Shown piece after piece: positions 9,058-18,765 of a DNA stretch of 56,768 nucleotides. The position numbers were made by a program, and so were the translations under genes. The stretch spans positions 1 to 56,768 of IMG/VR virus record IMGVR_UViG_3300025030_000126. One strand, 5' to 3'. The notes under the pieces are model-generated. The model was not told where the DNA came from. It saw only the letters and a program-made list of their open reading frames with translations, and did not search any database. This stretch comes from a virus. Lineage: Duplodnaviria > Caudoviricetes. Position 1 is the stretch's first letter, and each line of letters begins with the position of its first letter.

Positions 9058-10145
9058 CAGAACTGAACGAACTATCGGAACTGCAAAGCGTCGACTTTGC
9101 CTTTGGAGCGTTTCTCGCTGGGGCCTTCGCGGGATACGCCGACAAGGGGCCGCAAGGCTGGCGGAACTTCATCAAGCGACCGGTGAATAAACAGATTTTC
9201 CGGCATGACGCCGACACCCCGGAACAGTTCATGCGCGACTTCCTTTCCAGCCAGAAGGACAAGAAAGTCACAAGCACGCGAACCAATGACGAGGATGTCG
9301 TTATCTCCAGCACCTTCGTCAATGCCCCGCTCTTCCCCGTGGTCTACTACTTCCGCAAGCCGGGGCTGGTGAACACGCAGGATCAGAAGGGTTCACGCGG
9401 GCGCGTATGGAACGGCAACAGGATTTTCGACCTCCAGCAGCTCCCCGTCGCGCTCGACTACAACCTCGTGCTGATGGCTTGGGACAAACTGGCCCTCGAC
9501 AAGATTTCCCTCGCGTGGTATGCCTACGTCTCTTCGCATGATGCTTTCATGGCCCCCTTCGAGATCGGCGGCGAAAGTTTTGACGTCCGGGTCTCTCTGA
9601 TGGATAACAAGAACATCGCCATGCAGAACGCCTCAGAAGTTATGGACGGCAAAAGGCTTTATGCCGCAACGACTCCGGTCTCCATCATGACCAACATCCT
9701 CTTCGGCAAAGAGATCGACCTTCCTGGCCCTTCTCGCGTCATTTTCGGCAGTGTCCCGCAGGCAGAACAGCGATACGTGCTTACTTTGGCCGACGATCTG
9801 TTCAGTTTTGACTCTGCAACGAAGGAGGATGGCCCCAGACCTATCAATCCGGGCACGGTCAGGCTCATGGTAGGGGCAAGGGTCGTAGCGACCGACGACG
9901 GCAAAGGGGCGATCAGCGGGAGCTATGAACTTGACGATATCGTCATCCCCATTGTCGGCACCGTGGACTACTACAGCGGCATCATTTCTGTGAGTTTTGG
10001 AAGTAACCCAGCGGGGGTAGTCAGCGTGGCATTCCAACCGCTTGACGGCAGGATCAATGTAGACTGGGAATTTGAAGGCGATGGCTTTTACGATGACGGC
10101 GGGATTGTCGACTACGATGACGGTCAACCTATGGTTTGGGGGTAA
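9054..10145 (+). CDS. gp24: tail terminator/stability protein, P1 gp24-like, with extra C-terminal beta domain
   Basis: VD.AF...F.KRP ... L.Y...LMA.DK ... RLYA...PVS pattern; synteny. Confidence 0.78.
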   Translation: MTELNELSELQSVDFAFGAFLAGAFAGYADKGPQGWRNFIKRPVNKQIFRHDADTPEQFMRDFLSSQKDKKVTSTRTNDEDVVISSTFVNAPLFPVVYYFRKPGLVNTQDQKGSRGRVWNGNRIFDLQQLPVALDYNLVLMAWDKLALDKISLAWYAYVSSHDAFMAPFEIGGESFDVRVSLMDNKNIAMQNASEVMDGKRLYAATTPVSIMTNILFGKEIDLPGPSRVIFGSVPQAEQRYVLTLADDLFSFDSATKEDGPRPINPGTVRLMVGARVVATDDGKGAISGSYELDDIVIPIVGTVDYYSGIISVSFGSNPAGVVSVAFQPLDGRINVDWEFEGDGFYDDGGIVDYDDGQPMVWG

Positions 10146-10151
10146 AAAGGA

Positions 10152-13100
10152 ATGAACAAGGTATATTTCTGGCTGGCACTGTTACTGATACCCACGGCGC
10201 TGATTGCTGCCGACATCTCGCACACTCCGCTCGTGCCGGGGGCGCTGCTGTCTACCGACCGAGTGCCGATGGGGCGACCTTCGAGCGGGCTGGCCGACGG
10301 GAAGGGCGCGGCCTACACTGCCAGTATGAACCAGATCAGGCAGTACGTCCAAGGGCAACTGTCATCCGCTCAAGGCGGGGTAGCCGCTACTGTCGATGTT
10401 GGAACTACTACCACCGGGGCCGCAGGCACCAGTGCGAGCGTCACAAATTCAGGCACCGACAAGGCCGCTATCCTCAACTTCACCGTGCCACGCGGAAACA
10501 CTGGTGCTGCGGGGACTACGGGGGCTGCTGCGACCATCGCGGTTGGCACAGTGACCACGGGCGCAGCCGGTTCCGAGGTAACAGTCACCAACGTCGGCAC
10601 ACCGACCGCCGCTGTATTCGATGTGCGTATCCCCAAAGGGGACAAGGGGGACACCGGGAATACCGGCGCGACAGGGGCACAAGGCGAAGCGGGGGTTCAA
10701 GGTATTCAGGGGATTCCCGGCGATCAGGGGCTGGAAGGACCTGCGGGCGCAGGTTCTGAAGTTCCGGGGCCGCCAGGGGCTCCCGGCGATCCGGGCCTGT
10801 CGGCGTATCAGGTGGCCGTTGCAAACGGGTTTGTTGGGGATGAAGCGGCATGGCTTGCCTCGCTCCAAGGTGAGACAGGACCTCCGGGTAGCGGCGGCTC
10901 TGGTGCGTTTGCCGACATCACGGGCGCACCGGGGGATAACTCTGCGCTGGCTGCCGCGCTCGGAGCGAAGGTTGACACCTCGTCTTTGGCAGCCGTGGCG
11001 ACAACCGGCGCGTATTCCGATCTCACAGGCAAGCCGACCCTCGGCAACTCCGCCGCTCTCGATGTCGGCACCACCGCCGGCACGGTGGCCGCGGGTGATG
11101 ATGCCAGGATAGTTGCGGGAGGGACGGCGTTGCAGTCGGATGGGGATGGGAGCGGCTTGACGGGTATCACCCCTGGGCAGGTCGGGGCAGCTACCGCAGC
11201 GCAGGGCGCTTTGGCGGATAGCGCGTTGCAGACCATCACCGACTCTACCAGCACGACAAGTAGCGCGACGGCGGCGAGCGCGACGGCGGTGAAGTCTTTA
11301 CAGGACTCTAAGGCATCGCTCACCGCCCCGTCCTTTACTACCAGCATTCAGACCCCAGCTATAGGGATCAACCACGCTCCGGTCACAACTGGGCCTTTGC
11401 TCTATCTCTACTCCCCACAGAAAACCCAAGGTTTCTACCAGTATCACTATCAGAATAGCGACCCCGGTATAGCAGACGGCGGCACATTCTCCCCATTCCA
11501 TGTTGAAGTGGCCACCACGGCCACGCAGGAAACACCCAATACGCTACTGAGCGGGGGGCTTACCTCCACGCTCAATTTCGGCCAAGGGGGCGCGGCATCT
11601 GTCGGGACCGGCCACGCCGCCAGCCTGTCGACGGTGATTTACGGCAACGGCGACGCCGCCAGCGAGCACGCCGGGATATTCAGTGCGCTGCGCTACGACA
11701 TTGGGACGGGCTTTGCTCAGACGGCGGGGCCTTCGGGACGCGGCTGGCTCACGGATTTCAACCTGCACGGGCCTGTCAACGTCCAGCCGAATCTCCTGAC
11801 GGGCATCAATATGTTTGCCAACAACTACTACAATGGCTCCCCGGTGTCCGGGCCGTCCGGCGCGATCTGGATCAGTACTGGAAAAGGGCTGGGCGGAGGC
11901 ACGGGCGGCGGTCCGCACACATCCGCTAACACCTACCCGCTAGATGTGGGACTCGGCATCGTTGGCACTTCCTATGCCGGGAGTACCGCAAACGGATTTA
12001 ACAAGGGCATCCAGATCGGGGGCACGGGCTCAGGGTGGGAGGTTCCGTCATCCAAAATAGGCACAGGTATATCTTTGGAGGGGACGCAGGGTGTTGGGGC
12101 CGATTTCTCCGTGGCGACTTTTAGCAACAACTCCACCGCCATCAAACTAGGTCCGACTCAGAAAATATCTGACGGTACCAACGCGTACACACTGGCGGAA
12201 CTTGCCGCAGGGGGCGGTGGAGGGGAGGCGAACACCACATCCAACGTAGGTACCGGCGAGGGCACTCTGGCGAAAGCTAAATCCGGCGTTGACCTCCCGT
12301 TTAAAACCATCAAAGCAGGTAGCAATATCACTATCACCAACAACGCTGATGATGTGACCGTTGAGGCAACGGGCGGTGGGGCGGGTACTGTCATAAGCGT
12401 GTCTTCAGCAAACGCCGATATTGCTGTATCAATGGCATCGCCAACGCCGGTTCTTACTCTTAATAGTGGTACCAGTGCTAACCAGATAGTCAAACGTGGC
12501 GCTAACGGAGCCGTTACGTTTGCGAACAGCGCGAACGATGGGACATCTACAATATCTCCATCCCGAACTATGACAGGGGGAACCGGCGCGGGAACCTCAT
12601 ACAGATCGCTAAACTCGACATTCGGGTTAACAACTACGGATTCTGCCGATAGTGGTTACCTCAGCGCGGGTGGCTTCACAACTACGTACAACGGTTCAGG
12701 TACGTCTGCTTTCACCGGCGAGCTGCGCTCGTTAGTTGTATCGGGCTATAACCAAGGTTCGGCGACTGCGTCAAATGTAACAGGTGTGCTATCAGCGGGT
12801 GGTGCTACAAGCACTGGTGGTATCGCTACGTACACCGGATTTAAATCAGCGCCTTATTCGCCAGGGGCGGGGGTCATAACTACAGCGATAGGCTTTCTGA
12901 GTGACTCCACTACCTATTCCAACGCTACAAATAAGTGGCATTTCTACGGGAACGGAGATGCCCGATCCTACCTTAACGGCAACCTCCAGATCGGCAGCGC
13001 CACGGCCACCACAGGCGCAGAAAAGCTCCAGGTGACGGGTAGCGCATCCATCTCGGGCAACCTCCTTGCCAAGACCTTTACCCCAACGCTCCCATCTGCG

Positions 13101-13409
13101 ACCACCTACGGAGCAACAACGACCATTGACCTTAGTTTGGGCGACTCACCCTCAGTCACCCTCACAGGAGACCCGGCGCTGGCGTTCAGCAATCCTGTAG
13201 CGGGGCAATGGCATACACTCAACCTGATTCAAGACGGGACAGGGGGCAGAACTGCCACATGGCCCTCGTCCGGCCTAGTCTGCACATGGCGGAATACATC
13301 AGGTAATGTGGCACCTACTTTACTGACAGGGGCGAACAAGGTCGACTCGTTCGTAATCCACACGCTATCGACAACCAGCGCCGAATGCTGGACTGCGAAT
13401 AACCAGTAA
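10152..13409 (+). CDS. collagen-repeat fibre-like protein with N-terminal signal peptide
   Basis: MNKVYFWLALLLIPTALIA|ADI; Gly-X-Y run; GLSAYQVAVANGFVG.EA.WLASL, LA.VATTG.YSDL.GKP and C-terminal QDGTGGRT.TWP motifs typical of phage fibres. Confidence 0.85.
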   Translation: MNKVYFWLALLLIPTALIAADISHTPLVPGALLSTDRVPMGRPSSGLADGKGAAYTASMNQIRQYVQGQLSSAQGGVAATVDVGTTTTGAAGTSASVTNSGTDKAAILNFTVPRGNTGAAGTTGAAATIAVGTVTTGAAGSEVTVTNVGTPTAAVFDVRIPKGDKGDTGNTGATGAQGEAGVQGIQGIPGDQGLEGPAGAGSEVPGPPGAPGDPGLSAYQVAVANGFVGDEAAWLASLQGETGPPGSGGSGAFADITGAPGDNSALAAALGAKVDTSSLAAVATTGAYSDLTGKPTLGNSAALDVGTTAGTVAAGDDARIVAGGTALQSDGDGSGLTGITPGQVGAATAAQGALADSALQTITDSTSTTSSATAASATAVKSLQDSKASLTAPSFTTSIQTPAIGINHAPVTTGPLLYLYSPQKTQGFYQYHYQNSDPGIADGGTFSPFHVEVATTATQETPNTLLSGGLTSTLNFGQGGAASVGTGHAASLSTVIYGNGDAASEHAGIFSALRYDIGTGFAQTAGPSGRGWLTDFNLHGPVNVQPNLLTGINMFANNYYNGSPVSGPSGAIWISTGKGLGGGTGGGPHTSANTYPLDVGLGIVGTSYAGSTANGFNKGIQIGGTGSGWEVPSSKIGTGISLEGTQGVGADFSVATFSNNSTAIKLGPTQKISDGTNAYTLAELAAGGGGGEANTTSNVGTGEGTLAKAKSGVDLPFKTIKAGSNITITNNADDVTVEATGGGAGTVISVSSANADIAVSMASPTPVLTLNSGTSANQIVKRGANGAVTFANSANDGTSTISPSRTMTGGTGAGTSYRSLNSTFGLTTTDSADSGYLSAGGFTTTYNGSGTSAFTGELRSLVVSGYNQGSATASNVTGVLSAGGATSTGGIATYTGFKSAPYSPGAGVITTAIGFLSDSTTYSNATNKWHFYGNGDARSYLNGNLQIGSATATTGAEKLQVTGSASISGNLLAKTFTPTLPSATTYGATTTIDLSLGDSPSVTLTGDPALAFSNPVAGQWHTLNLIQDGTGGRTATWPSSGLVCTWRNTSGNVAPTLLTGANKVDSFVIHTLSTTSAECWTANNQ

Positions 13410-13416
13410 TCATTAC

Positions 13417-13476
13417 CTGCGGCTAGGCTGATCCCCGAAAAGGCGCACCCTACGCCCTGCCGCAGATTCTATAGGG
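13417..13476 (+). ncRNA. candidate structured cis-RNA in intergenic gap
   Basis: CTGCGGC/GCCGCAG outer stem, GGCG/CGCC inner hairpin, loop CCCTA complementary to downstream TAGGG. Confidence 0.5.
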
Positions 13477-13495
13477 CAATCCTGTGGGAGGATTT

Positions 13496-13906
13496 ATGAA
13501 AAACGCAATGTTGATTTTTTGTATTACGGCAATGTTGATGATGTTCGCGGTTGTGGCACGGGGAGCGGATTACGGAATACTGCGCGAAGGTGGGTGGAAG
13601 TACGGGAACGTCTACTCCCTTGAACTAGCTCCGGGATTCTCGGCAAGGACAGTGAAAGAAGTGATGGGCGTGTACTCTGACTCAAGAGAAGCCCTCGCAG
13701 AGTACATTAGGGTTTCCAACAGACAAAACGGTGTGCCAGATGTGGTGCTGGCTGTCGTTCTCAAGTCCGCAGAAGGAGAAGAAATAAGATTAGACGTTGT
13801 GGCAGTAGATGATTTGCCGTTGCATAGTGTTCCCGTTGCTTGCGGCAAAATCAAAGCTAAAAAGTGCTGGTTCATCAAGTACAAAGATGAGGAGAAAGGC
13901 GAATGA
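13496..13906 (+). CDS. secreted hypothetical protein (signal peptide)
   Basis: GGAGG RBS; MKNAMLIFCITAMLMMFAVVARG|AD. Confidence 0.75.
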   Translation: MKNAMLIFCITAMLMMFAVVARGADYGILREGGWKYGNVYSLELAPGFSARTVKEVMGVYSDSREALAEYIRVSNRQNGVPDVVLAVVLKSAEGEEIRLDVVAVDDLPLHSVPVACGKIKAKKCWFIKYKDEEKGE

Positions 13907-14178
13907 AAACCCTCATCGTAGCACTGGTATTGATCCTGGCTGCATCAGCTGCGAGGGCGGAAGACGCAAAAGATACTCGAACTTTGCGCTCCGCAGTATC
14001 GGTGCTCCACCGGCAGGAACAAGACACCTGGAAAAGATTGAAGGCGTCTGAATATACTCTAGAGAAAACGGAGTGTGCAACAAAGGCACAGCGTAAGGAG
14101 CTGGAGGTATTGCGCCGCCAATGGGTTGACACACATTCTGCGCTCAGCAGTCTCAAAAGACTGCTCGGGCAGGACTAA
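13903..14178 (+). CDS. secreted coiled-coil protein (signal peptide)
   Basis: MKTLIVALVLILAASAARA|ED; ATGA overlap. Confidence 0.75.
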   Translation: MKTLIVALVLILAASAARAEDAKDTRTLRSAVSVLHRQEQDTWKRLKASEYTLEKTECATKAQRKELEVLRRQWVDTHSALSSLKRLLGQD

Positions 14179-14223
14179 CCACTTTCCGTTGCGGGAGAAC
14201 ACCCGCCATAAAGGAAACCTACG

Positions 14224-14667
14224 ATGAAAAAAATGATTTTTCTGATACTCCTCCTGCTCCCCTCACTCTGCTACGCCGGGCCGGGAGCGCGACGGTTGTT
14301 GATGGTGGCCAAGCCTCTACCTCCAAACGAACTATTCACCTCTGGTGCTAATGGTTGGTCCGGCGCATGGGGGTGGGAATCCAGTTCCCATATGGGCGGC
14401 GGAATGTATGCAACATCAGGCGAGTCCGCCATGACTAAAGTGATTTCTGCACCAGCACCTTGCAATATGACGGTTTACTCCAGGGTTTCCACGGGGTCGC
14501 TTTCGTCGTTCACGGCCTGCAACGGGGCTGCATGCGTCAATCTCAACACATCGTCTACGTGGACTAAATCAGGAGATTTGGCGCTTAGCACAGGTGACAA
14601 TACGATAACTATCACTGCGTCAGGTGGAACCTACGGCGCATTAATTGACACCATTGAATTTAGATAG
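14224..14667 (+). CDS. secreted beta-sandwich (CBM/galactose-binding-like) protein
   Basis: AAGGA RBS; MKKMIFLILLLLPSLCYA|G; ends L.TG.NTITI......IDTIEF. Confidence 0.7.
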   Translation: MKKMIFLILLLLPSLCYAGPGARRLLMVAKPLPPNELFTSGANGWSGAWGWESSSHMGGGMYATSGESAMTKVISAPAPCNMTVYSRVSTGSLSSFTACNGAACVNLNTSSTWTKSGDLALSTGDNTITITASGGTYGALIDTIEFR

Positions 14668-14807
14668 CGGCATCGGCAACGGCGGAACATGGGCCGCCGA
14701 CACGTTCAGGAAGCCGACACCGTAAACAACCGGCGTGCGGGCAATGAGTACGACGCGGCCAGATAGTTATCACCTGAACGCCGTAGGGCGGTCTTAAAGG
14801 AACCGAT

Positions 14808-15800
14808 ATGGCATCAAACCAAGAAGATATTTTAGTCCAGAAGATCACCATCATCCGGGATAACAAGCCCTTCGAGTCTTTTGATAGGTCGTTTCTCACG
14901 GAACTGACCTACATTGAGACATCGGATATCTCCGGCCCGCGCCTGATATTCGTCATGGACGACTACTATCGTATTATCCGGGATGAACTGGGGGTGAAGC
15001 CAAGGGACATCCTTGAGGTTGTGCTTTCAGACCGTTTCCAGCGCGACGGGCTCGACAAGGCAATCCGTTTCGTCATCCTGACAATGCCGATCAACGACCG
15101 GTGGATCACCTTCAACTGCATAGAGGCGAGTGTCTATAAATTGAAGCTCCCTGCGCGGGAAGCGGCGATATTCAGCCAGAAATCAGTCCAGGCCATCATT
15201 CAGAAGCTCGCCCCCGGACTGAAGTATGATGTGGGGTCGTTCCCTGTGCTAAACGACTACCATCTTTTACCCGCAATGCGGCCATCAAAGCTGCTCCGAC
15301 AGATGGCGCAGGAGCATGGTGCGGTCTGCTTCTGGCAAAGGGGCCAGATCGTGTTCAGGAAGCTGAAAGAGCTTTACAGCGCAGCGCCTGCGATGGTATA
15401 CAGCCACAACGACACGCGCAAGGAGAACAAGATCATCGTCTACTCCAGGCCGAACACCGAAGGCATCATACAGGATTTGACCGAGCGCAACTACGTTGGA
15501 TGGGACATGGTTGAGGGGTTCCAGAAGTCCAGCAGGGTCCCAAAAGCTCCGGCAGAATTCACGTCGGCATCCAAGGCGAGCCTCGATAACCTCACTGAGA
15601 TACCAAAGCCCGTCATTGACTTCAGCACGGCGGGCAACGGGGCGCTACTCCCCGGCCTTACTCTCGGGCTGGAGTGGAACACCGAACGCGCCGACATGCC
15701 TATTGACGAAAGCCTTCCTGCCAAGGTCGTCATCGGCATGGTAGCGCACTCGTGGAAGCCGCAGTCGTACTTCTGCCAAGTTTCCGGCATAAGGAACTAA
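14808..15800 (+). CDS. gp6: baseplate hub protein, P1 gp6-like
   Basis: Y.ET.D.SGP.L, YHL....RPS..LRQMA.E.GA, DESLP.KV..G.VAH pattern; precedes gp5. Confidence 0.82.
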   Translation: MASNQEDILVQKITIIRDNKPFESFDRSFLTELTYIETSDISGPRLIFVMDDYYRIIRDELGVKPRDILEVVLSDRFQRDGLDKAIRFVILTMPINDRWITFNCIEASVYKLKLPAREAAIFSQKSVQAIIQKLAPGLKYDVGSFPVLNDYHLLPAMRPSKLLRQMAQEHGAVCFWQRGQIVFRKLKELYSAAPAMVYSHNDTRKENKIIVYSRPNTEGIIQDLTERNYVGWDMVEGFQKSSRVPKAPAEFTSASKASLDNLTEIPKPVIDFSTAGNGALLPGLTLGLEWNTERADMPIDESLPAKVVIGMVAHSWKPQSYFCQVSGIRN

Positions 15801-15803
15801 ACT

Positions 15804-16541
15804 ATGAGCGATGATATGAGAAATCACGGGAAGCGTAACGACCGGATACACCGGGAGTGCGTCGGCATCGTGGAGACAGAGGGAAAGGACGACCCGAAAA
15901 AGCTGCTTTTGGTGCAGGTTCGGGTTTTTGGCATCTTCGACAACACACCCGTCAAAGACCTCCCTTGGGCGGAATACAAACTGCCTATCGGCGCACGGCC
16001 CAATGACGGCTCATTCGTCCCGGTGAAAAAGGGCGACCTTGTATGGACCGATTTCCCCTATAACGGCGATTCACGCCGCCCCCGGATAACCGGCAGTGTC
16101 CACTATGCCCCGGAAAAGGTGCCGAGCTTGCCCCACGAGACGTTCGCAGGACCAGACGCATACGTCCATGCCAGGACCGGCGATGAACCCGCGCAGCCCG
16201 CGCATGTCTACGGGGAGGACGCTGTAATGACCCTTCACGGGGTCATGATAGCGATCAACAAGGACGGTTCCTATAACGTCGTCCAAAAGGCTACCGGTAC
16301 GGAATTTACCATCACCAAGGACGGCGACATGATTTTCCACGTTGAGGGCGATGTGTACCGATCAGCATCCGGCTTGGAAGACGTGCGGATCACAGGCAAG
16401 CAGGCAACCACGGCCATGGAAGGGATAGACCACGACGGCGGCACGGGCGACCCCAAAGGCAACGTCAACGGGCACTGTCTTTGCTGCTGGAGTGGGCAAC
16501 CACACCCCATGGTATCGAACAACGTCAAATCAACCCTGTAG
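15804..16541 (+). CDS. gp5: baseplate spike, P1 gp5-like (OB fold + beta helix)
   Basis: DP.....VQVRV.G...LPWAEY...P.KKGDLVW.DF...GDSRRP.I.G; C-terminal CLCCWSGQPH metal-binding tip. Confidence 0.85.
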   Translation: MSDDMRNHGKRNDRIHRECVGIVETEGKDDPKKLLLVQVRVFGIFDNTPVKDLPWAEYKLPIGARPNDGSFVPVKKGDLVWTDFPYNGDSRRPRITGSVHYAPEKVPSLPHETFAGPDAYVHARTGDEPAQPAHVYGEDAVMTLHGVMIAINKDGSYNVVQKATGTEFTITKDGDMIFHVEGDVYRSASGLEDVRITGKQATTAMEGIDHDGGTGDPKGNVNGHCLCCWSGQPHPMVSNNVKSTL

Positions 16542-16550
16542 GAGCAAGGC

Positions 16551-16778
16551 ATGGCCCTCGACGCAAACCGACTGGCAGAATTACGAAAGGCCGCCATGGA
16601 TGCGGTGCCCTCGCCGCAAAGCAGCGATCCCGCCGACACCATCGCCTACCGGGAGGCCCTGCTTCTCGCTGACTCCATCGCCATCGTTGCCGAGATCGTC
16701 GGGCATTCCGAGCTTGTATCTGTAACGCATGATACCGGTGGAGCTGGAGCGGGCATAATCACGGGCAAGGTAAAATAG
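16551..16778 (+). CDS. small hypothetical protein downstream of spike
   Basis: AGGAG RBS; C-terminal G..TGKV typical of spike-adjacent small proteins. Confidence 0.65.
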   Translation: MALDANRLAELRKAAMDAVPSPQSSDPADTIAYREALLLADSIAIVAEIVGHSELVSVTHDTGGAGAGIITGKVK

Positions 16779-16787
16779 GGAGCTACC

Positions 16788-16958
16788 ATGCAAGATAAAG
16801 GCATAGGCCGCGACGCCTACAGGAGAAGCCTGGAGCAGAACACAGGGAACCCCGTTTATGGCAGGAAGTCAAAGCCTATGAGCACTGCAAAGCGCGAAGA
16901 ACTGGCACGCCTCTATGACATAGAAGTCGGCAAGAAAGCCACATCCCTCCTAGATTAA
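16788..16958 (+). CDS. small hypothetical protein (56 aa)
   Basis: Read manually: GGGAG RBS, MQDKGIGRDAYRRSLEQ... Confidence 0.45.
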   Translation: MQDKGIGRDAYRRSLEQNTGNPVYGRKSKPMSTAKREELARLYDIEVGKKATSLLD

Positions 16959-17080
16959 TCCCCAAATCCCCAATAATACCTTTATATACCCTTTCTAAGC
17001 TTTTCCTTTCTCCGTATTGTTGTCGCCAATATCTACTGCTTTGATGCGACAACCCTAATACAAGGAAAAAGGAGAGCCCC

Positions 17081-18691
17081 ATGAGTACCGAAGCGTACCA
17101 AGCTCTGGTGACGGACGTCACAGAGAAAGCGCAGCACATGAAGGATGCGCTTATCAAACCGGTGATTGACGAAAGCACCGGCAAATTCATCCTGGAGAAG
17201 GCCGCAAGGACGGACGCTCTCAATGCAGCGGTTCCGCACACCATTTTCGAAGGGTGCGGCCCGGATGCAGGCATGGTGCTGGCGACCGCCTCCAACGCTG
17301 TCCGTGCATTTTGCAGGCAGCGCAACCGCATGCCGGGGGATGACCTGCTGGCATCGGCCTACACCGCCATCCAGAACGTCATGGGAGCGTCCGCGCACAC
17401 GTCTCGTTCCGGGCTGATCCTCGAAAGCGCGGCGACCATGAACACGCAGGACTCCAACCAGTCGCTCATGCGTAACCGCATGATTGCCCTGGTGCTGCCG
17501 ACCATGCTCCAGTCGATCACCTCCAACATGATCGGCTACATCCCCGGCCAGTTCAACCAGTCCGAAATATTCCGCGTCTGGAAGACGGCAGGGTCCACCT
17601 TTGGCGACCTCACCAAGGGCGACCGCATTCAGTGGGACTACACCGGCCAGTACAGCTCCATGGACCAGCGCCACCTGACCATCGCGGGCGACGGTGCCAA
17701 GAGGGGCCTCGCCGACGAGTTCGACTTCGTTTCCACCGACAAGTTCGGCGGTGCCTACCCGATGAAGAAAAAGCGGGTTCGCATCCTGCACGACGGGAAC
17801 CCCGTGGGCCAGGACGACGGCAACGGCTACCTGACCGGCAACTTCAAGGTCGGCGAGACCGCCGTAGTCGTGTCCGGCACCGTGGATTATGTCAACGGCG
17901 TCATCCATCCGGTCTTCAGCGTCGCACCGGCCAACCTGATCCCCGTGCATGTCGCCTTCGACGTGGACATCGAGAAGGCCCCGCAGCTCATCCCGTCGAT
18001 CAACCACGAGATGGACAGCTACACCGTCTACCCGCACGAGTCGGCGATCACCGCGAGCACGACCCTCCAGGCACTCTGGGGCATGCGCCGGGAGTTCAAT
18101 GTGAACGTGGACAACATGGCGACCCTTGCCATGAAGAACCTGCTCGCCGCCGACAAGGACCGCAAGCATCTGCACGACCTGTACTTCTACATGAAGGGGT
18201 CCGAAAGCTGGACCTACACCATCCCGGAAACCGGCGTCAACATGCAGGACTACTACGAGACCCTGAGAACCACGCTTCTCACCATCTCCTCGACCCTGCT
18301 GAACGCGAACGGCGTCTCCGGCCTTGTCGGCATCGTGGCCGACCTGAAGACCTGCGCCATCATGAAGTCGATGCGCTCCCCGCACTTCGACCCCGCCCCC
18401 GGCTACGCGCAGATCCCGCAGCCGCACTATGTCGGACGCCTGTTCGGCATGTGGGACCTCTACGAAGACCCGCAGCGGGCCGACTACTCCAGCCTCTGCT
18501 TCGCCAAGGGGCGCAACATCTGCGAGGCGGCCTACATCGGCGGCGACGCGATCCCCGCCATTGCCTTCAAGCATGGCGTCCTGGGCGACCTGAAGTACAA
18601 CAACACCCTCTGGGAGTTGTCCTACCGCGACCTCCAGCAGTTCAACGGGCGCGACTACATCATGGAGCTGAAGCTCATCCCCGCCGAATAA
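17081..18691 (+). CDS. gp23: major capsid protein, P1 gp23-like
   Basis: 536 aa, very high GC3, AAGGAG RBS, N-terminal propeptide ending ILE|SAA, FDVDIEKAP.LIP.INHEM motif; followed by terminator then sheath. Confidence 0.92.
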   Translation: MSTEAYQALVTDVTEKAQHMKDALIKPVIDESTGKFILEKAARTDALNAAVPHTIFEGCGPDAGMVLATASNAVRAFCRQRNRMPGDDLLASAYTAIQNVMGASAHTSRSGLILESAATMNTQDSNQSLMRNRMIALVLPTMLQSITSNMIGYIPGQFNQSEIFRVWKTAGSTFGDLTKGDRIQWDYTGQYSSMDQRHLTIAGDGAKRGLADEFDFVSTDKFGGAYPMKKKRVRILHDGNPVGQDDGNGYLTGNFKVGETAVVVSGTVDYVNGVIHPVFSVAPANLIPVHVAFDVDIEKAPQLIPSINHEMDSYTVYPHESAITASTTLQALWGMRREFNVNVDNMATLAMKNLLAADKDRKHLHDLYFYMKGSESWTYTIPETGVNMQDYYETLRTTLLTISSTLLNANGVSGLVGIVADLKTCAIMKSMRSPHFDPAPGYAQIPQPHYVGRLFGMWDLYEDPQRADYSSLCFAKGRNICEAAYIGGDAIPAIAFKHGVLGDLKYNNTLWELSYRDLQQFNGRDYIMELKLIPAE

Positions 18692-18721
18692 GCGTAAAGC
18701 GAACACGGGAACGGGACAATG

Positions 18722-18753
18722 AAGGGGCGGTCTGAAAGGGCCGCCCCCTCTTT
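18722..18753 (+). terminator. probable intrinsic terminator after capsid gene
   Basis: GGGGCGGTCT-GAAA-GGGCCGCCCC then CTCTTT. Confidence 0.7.
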
Positions 18754-18765
18754 AAAGGAGCTTCC

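Noticed and set aside
13428-13441. Hammerhead-like CTGAT…CGAAA
   Set aside because: CUGANGA core is incomplete and there is no stem II
13903-14178. Spanin/holin lysis cassette
   Set aside because: Leaders look cleavable, no nested lipoprotein, no adjacent endolysin
17033-18706. Long minus-strand ORFs (also 19026-20348, 29175-30332, 35681-37534, 48363-50027)
   Set aside because: Shadows of high-GC3 plus-strand genes; no RBS or recognisable motifs
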